64,000 bases of DNA from NCBI GenBank assembly GCA_052327205.1, contig CM126219.1:29760001-29824000 (forward strand). The letters run 5' to 3'. Positions 60,793 through 64,000 of the stretch are shown here, one piece after another. Made by a program: the position numbers and the translations under genes. Numbering within the stretch: the first letter of the stretch is position 1; the number at the start of each line of letters is the position of its first letter. A model generated the notes under the pieces. That model was not told where the DNA came from, ran no database searches, and saw only the letters and a program-made list of their open reading frames with translations. Source of the stretch: Somniosus microcephalus. Lineage: Eukaryota.

Positions 60793-62998
60793 AATAGAAA
60801 CACAGAAAAGTAGGAGTAGGCTATTCTAGATTGGGAGAAGGGGAAGTGCAAAGAGACCTGGGTGTCCTTGCGCACCAGTCGCTGAAGGTAAGCATGCAGG
60901 TGCAGCAGGCGGTTAAGAAGGCAAATGATATGTTGGCCTTTGTAGCGAGACGGTTCGAGTACAGGAACAAGGATGTCTTGCTGCAGTTGTACAGGGCCTT
61001 GGTGAGACTACACCTTGAGTATTGTGTGCAGTTTTGGTCGCCTTATCTGAGGAAGGATGTTCTTGCCATGGAGGGAGTGCAGCGAAGATTCACCAGACTG
61101 ATACCTGGGATGGTAGGAATGACGTATGAGGAGAGATTGGGTTGATTGGGCTTATACTCACTGAAGTTTAGAAGAATGAGAGGGGAGCTCATTGAAACTT
61201 ATAAAATTCTAACAGGACTAGACAGACTAGATGCAGGAAGGATGTTCCCGACGGCCGGGGAGTCCAGAACCAGGGGTCATAGTCTAAGGATAAGGGGTAA
61301 GCCATTTAGGACAGAGATGAGGAGGAATTTCTTCACCCAGAGAGTGGTGAACCTGTGGAATTCTCTACCACAGAAGGCAGTTGAGGCCAATTTATTAAAT
61401 ATATTCAAGAAGGAGTTAGATATATTTCTTAAGGCTAAAGGGATCAAGGGATATGGGGAGAAGGCAGGGACAGGGTACTGAGTTTGGATGATCAGCTATG
61501 CTCTCATTGAATGGCGGAGCAGGCTCGAGGGGCCGAATGGCCTACTCCTGCTCCTATCTTCTATGTTTCTAATCGGCCCTTCAATATGATCATGGCTGAT
61601 CCTGTATCTCAATACCATATTCCCGTTCTCTCCCCATACCCCTTGATGCCTTTTGTGTCTAGAAAGCTATCTATTTCCTTCTTAAATATATTCAGTGACT
61701 TGGCCTCCACAGCCTTCTGTGGTAGAGAATTCCACAGGTTCACCACCCTCTGAGTGAAGAAATTTCTCCTCATCTCAGTCCTAAATGTCCTACCCCGTAT
61801 CCTGAGGCTGTGACTCCTCGTTCTAGACATCCCCAGCCAGGGGCAACATCCTCCCTGCATCCAGTCTATCTAGCCCGGTCATAATTTTATACGTTTCAAT
61901 GAGATCCCCGCTCATTCTTCTAAACTCTAGTGAATACAGGCCTAGTAGAACCAATCTCTCCTCATAAGACAGTCCTGCCATCCCAGGAATCAGTCTGGTG
62001 AACCTTCGCTGCACTCCCTCTATGGTAATGATATCCTTTCTTAGGTAAAGAGACCAAAACTGCACACAGTACTCCAGGTGTGGTCTCACCAAGGCCCTGT
62101 ACAACTGTAGTAAGACATCCTTGCTCCTGTGCTCAAATCCTCTTGCAATGAAGGCCAACATACCATTTGCCTTCCTAACTGCTTGCTGCACCTGCATGTT
62201 TGCTTTCAGTGAATTGTGTACAAGGACACCCAGGTCCCTTTGTACATCAGCATTTCCCAATCTATCACCATTTAAATAATACTCTACCTTTCCATTTTTC
62301 CTACCGAAGTGGATAACTTCACATTTATCCACGTTATACTGCATCTGCCATGTATTTGCCCACTCATGCAACATGTCTAAATTGCCTCGAAGCCTCTTTG
62401 CATCCTCCTTACAATCCCACCTATTTTTATGTCGTCCACAAACCTGGAAATATTACATTTGGTTCCCTCATCCAAATCATTGATATATAGTGAATAGCTG
62501 GGGTCCAAGCACTAATCCCTGCAGTACCCCACTAGTCACCGCCTGCCACCCCGAAAAAGACCCATTTATTCCTATTCTCTGTTTCTTGTCTGTTAACCAA
62601 TTTTCAATCCATGCCAGTATATTACCCCCAATCCCATGTGCTTTAATTTTGCACACTAACCTCTTATGTGGGACTTTATCAAAGGCCTTCCGAAAATCCA
62701 AATACACCACATCCACTGGTTCTCCCTTATCTATTCTACCAGTTACATCCTCAAAAAACTCCAGTAGGTTTGTCAAACACGATTTCCCTTTCATAAATCC
62801 ATGTTGACTTTGTCTAATCCCATTGATATTTTCTAAGTGTCCTGTTATCACATCCTTTATAATAGACTCTAGCATTTTCCCTACTACTGATGTTAGGCTA
62901 ACCGGTCTGTAGTTCCCGGTTTTTTCTCTCCCTCCTTTTTTAAATAGTGGGTTTACATTTGCCACCCTCCAATCTGCCGGAACTGTTCCATAATCTAT
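60793..62998 (-). mobile_element. 5'-truncated CR1 (RT and C-terminus, frameshifted); 3' UTR split by another CR1
   Basis: ORFs 62477-62965 (NYRPVSLTS, DFRKAFD), 61823-62374 and 61609-61860. The tail at 60793-60826 continues at 61575 (aggagtaggctattc|ggcccttc). Confidence 0.92.
60827..61574 (+). mobile_element. CR1 3' fragment inserted in opposite orientation
   Basis: ORFs 60831-61145 and 61146-61481 (RDLGVL, LEYCVQFWSP, NFFTQRVV); ctatgtttct tail. Confidence 0.92.
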
Positions 62999-64000
62999 AA
63001 CTGCAAAAAGGAGCCAAAAGCAACTATGTAAGAGTTAATCCTAATGATAGGCCATGGCGTCCTTTCTCCTTCTCTTCTCTCCCCTTCACCAAACAGTGGA
63101 AGAGAGGTTTCAATGGCCATAAGCACAGAAAAGACCTGCAATCCATCATGAATAGTAGCAGCCAGGACTCAGATGTGTGTCTGTGGGGCAAACCACCTTT
63201 CATAACTGTACTGTTTTAGATGCAGCACAGCTGTGGGTTATCATTAGCCGTTCCCCAGCCTGCAGTCACTGACATGATGTGCATTCACTCTACTGCAATA
63301 CTCCTAGGACTGGCGTTTCCACTGTGCCAAGGAAGACTTCGAGTGAGATATAGAAGCTTTCAGGCAAACAAAGTTTCAGCAGTTTGTTTCCACAATAATA
63401 TTTATCATGGATACTGTCTGCAGAGAGATACAAGTAGAGGCCTTATTGCAAAGAAGCTATAATAGACAATTCCAGCAAATAACTATGAATATTTTATTTA
63501 TATCATCAATATTCTGAAATGTAACCATTGATAACCTTTGTATTCATTCCAGTCAACTCAATACAGTCCAATTGACTTGCGCTGCATTTATATTGCAGAT
63601 TTTTGCCCACTCACTGAACCTGTCTATATCCCTTTGCAGATACCAGAGTAAATTGGTCCTGAGCTTGTCTTGATTTTGGAAAGCCAATTAATACTGGCTC
63701 CTCCAAACCTTATTCTTAATTCCTGGGTTTAAGTTATTGTGTGAGGCTGTGTGTGTGATGATCTCAAATGCATGCACACATGATAGTTAAATATACAAAC
63801 CATTAAAAAGATTTCCAAATTTATTTCCATTATGGACAATCAATTGTTAAAAAAAAAAATTGCTTAAACTTCCATTTCTACCTTCCTTAGTGGCAAAGTT
63901 CCAGCTGTATCCTCAGTCTACTGCTTGTACCTGAACTGCCAAAGACCACAAACATGGCGATCTTGGATCTGCAGTCCAGGGGTATCATTTTGGCAGCTGC

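Overview
Vertebrate genomic DNA, almost certainly from a cartilaginous fish (shark). This is inferred from the repeat complement: SacSINE1-like DeuSINEs, HER1-like CR1 tails, CR1-Zenon-like and Penelope-like elements. The window lies inside a plexin-A gene on the minus strand, best matching PLXNA2. Three consecutive exons are visible, with canonical GT-AG sites and compatible phases: 14746-14646, 1760-1637 and 136-<1. They encode the first PSI domain and the start of the following Ig-like/IPT region. I could not find the next upstream exon by eye in 14747-64000, so that stretch appears to be one intron of more than 49 kb. The introns are dense with transposons: CR1, L2, RTE, CR1-Zenon-like and Penelope-like retroelements, SINEs, one solo LTR, and several non-autonomous DNA transposons (pogo/Tigger-like with TA target-site duplications (TSDs), hAT-like with an 8-bp TSD, and G-rich-ended elements with 3-bp TSDs). 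Several are nested up to three deep. The most interesting sub-structures are: a minimal hammerhead-ribozyme motif in the Penelope terminal repeat; a solo LTR splitting the GIY-YIG motif; a G-rich MITE with a triplicated 21-bp motif; hairpin-rich MITE families; SINEs abutting PLXNA2 splice sites; and long inverted repeats. Nearly all short ORFs in the supplied track are spurious or repeat-derived. I found no convincing evidence of a wholly new gene system. Family names are from recalled consensus motifs, not from database searches.
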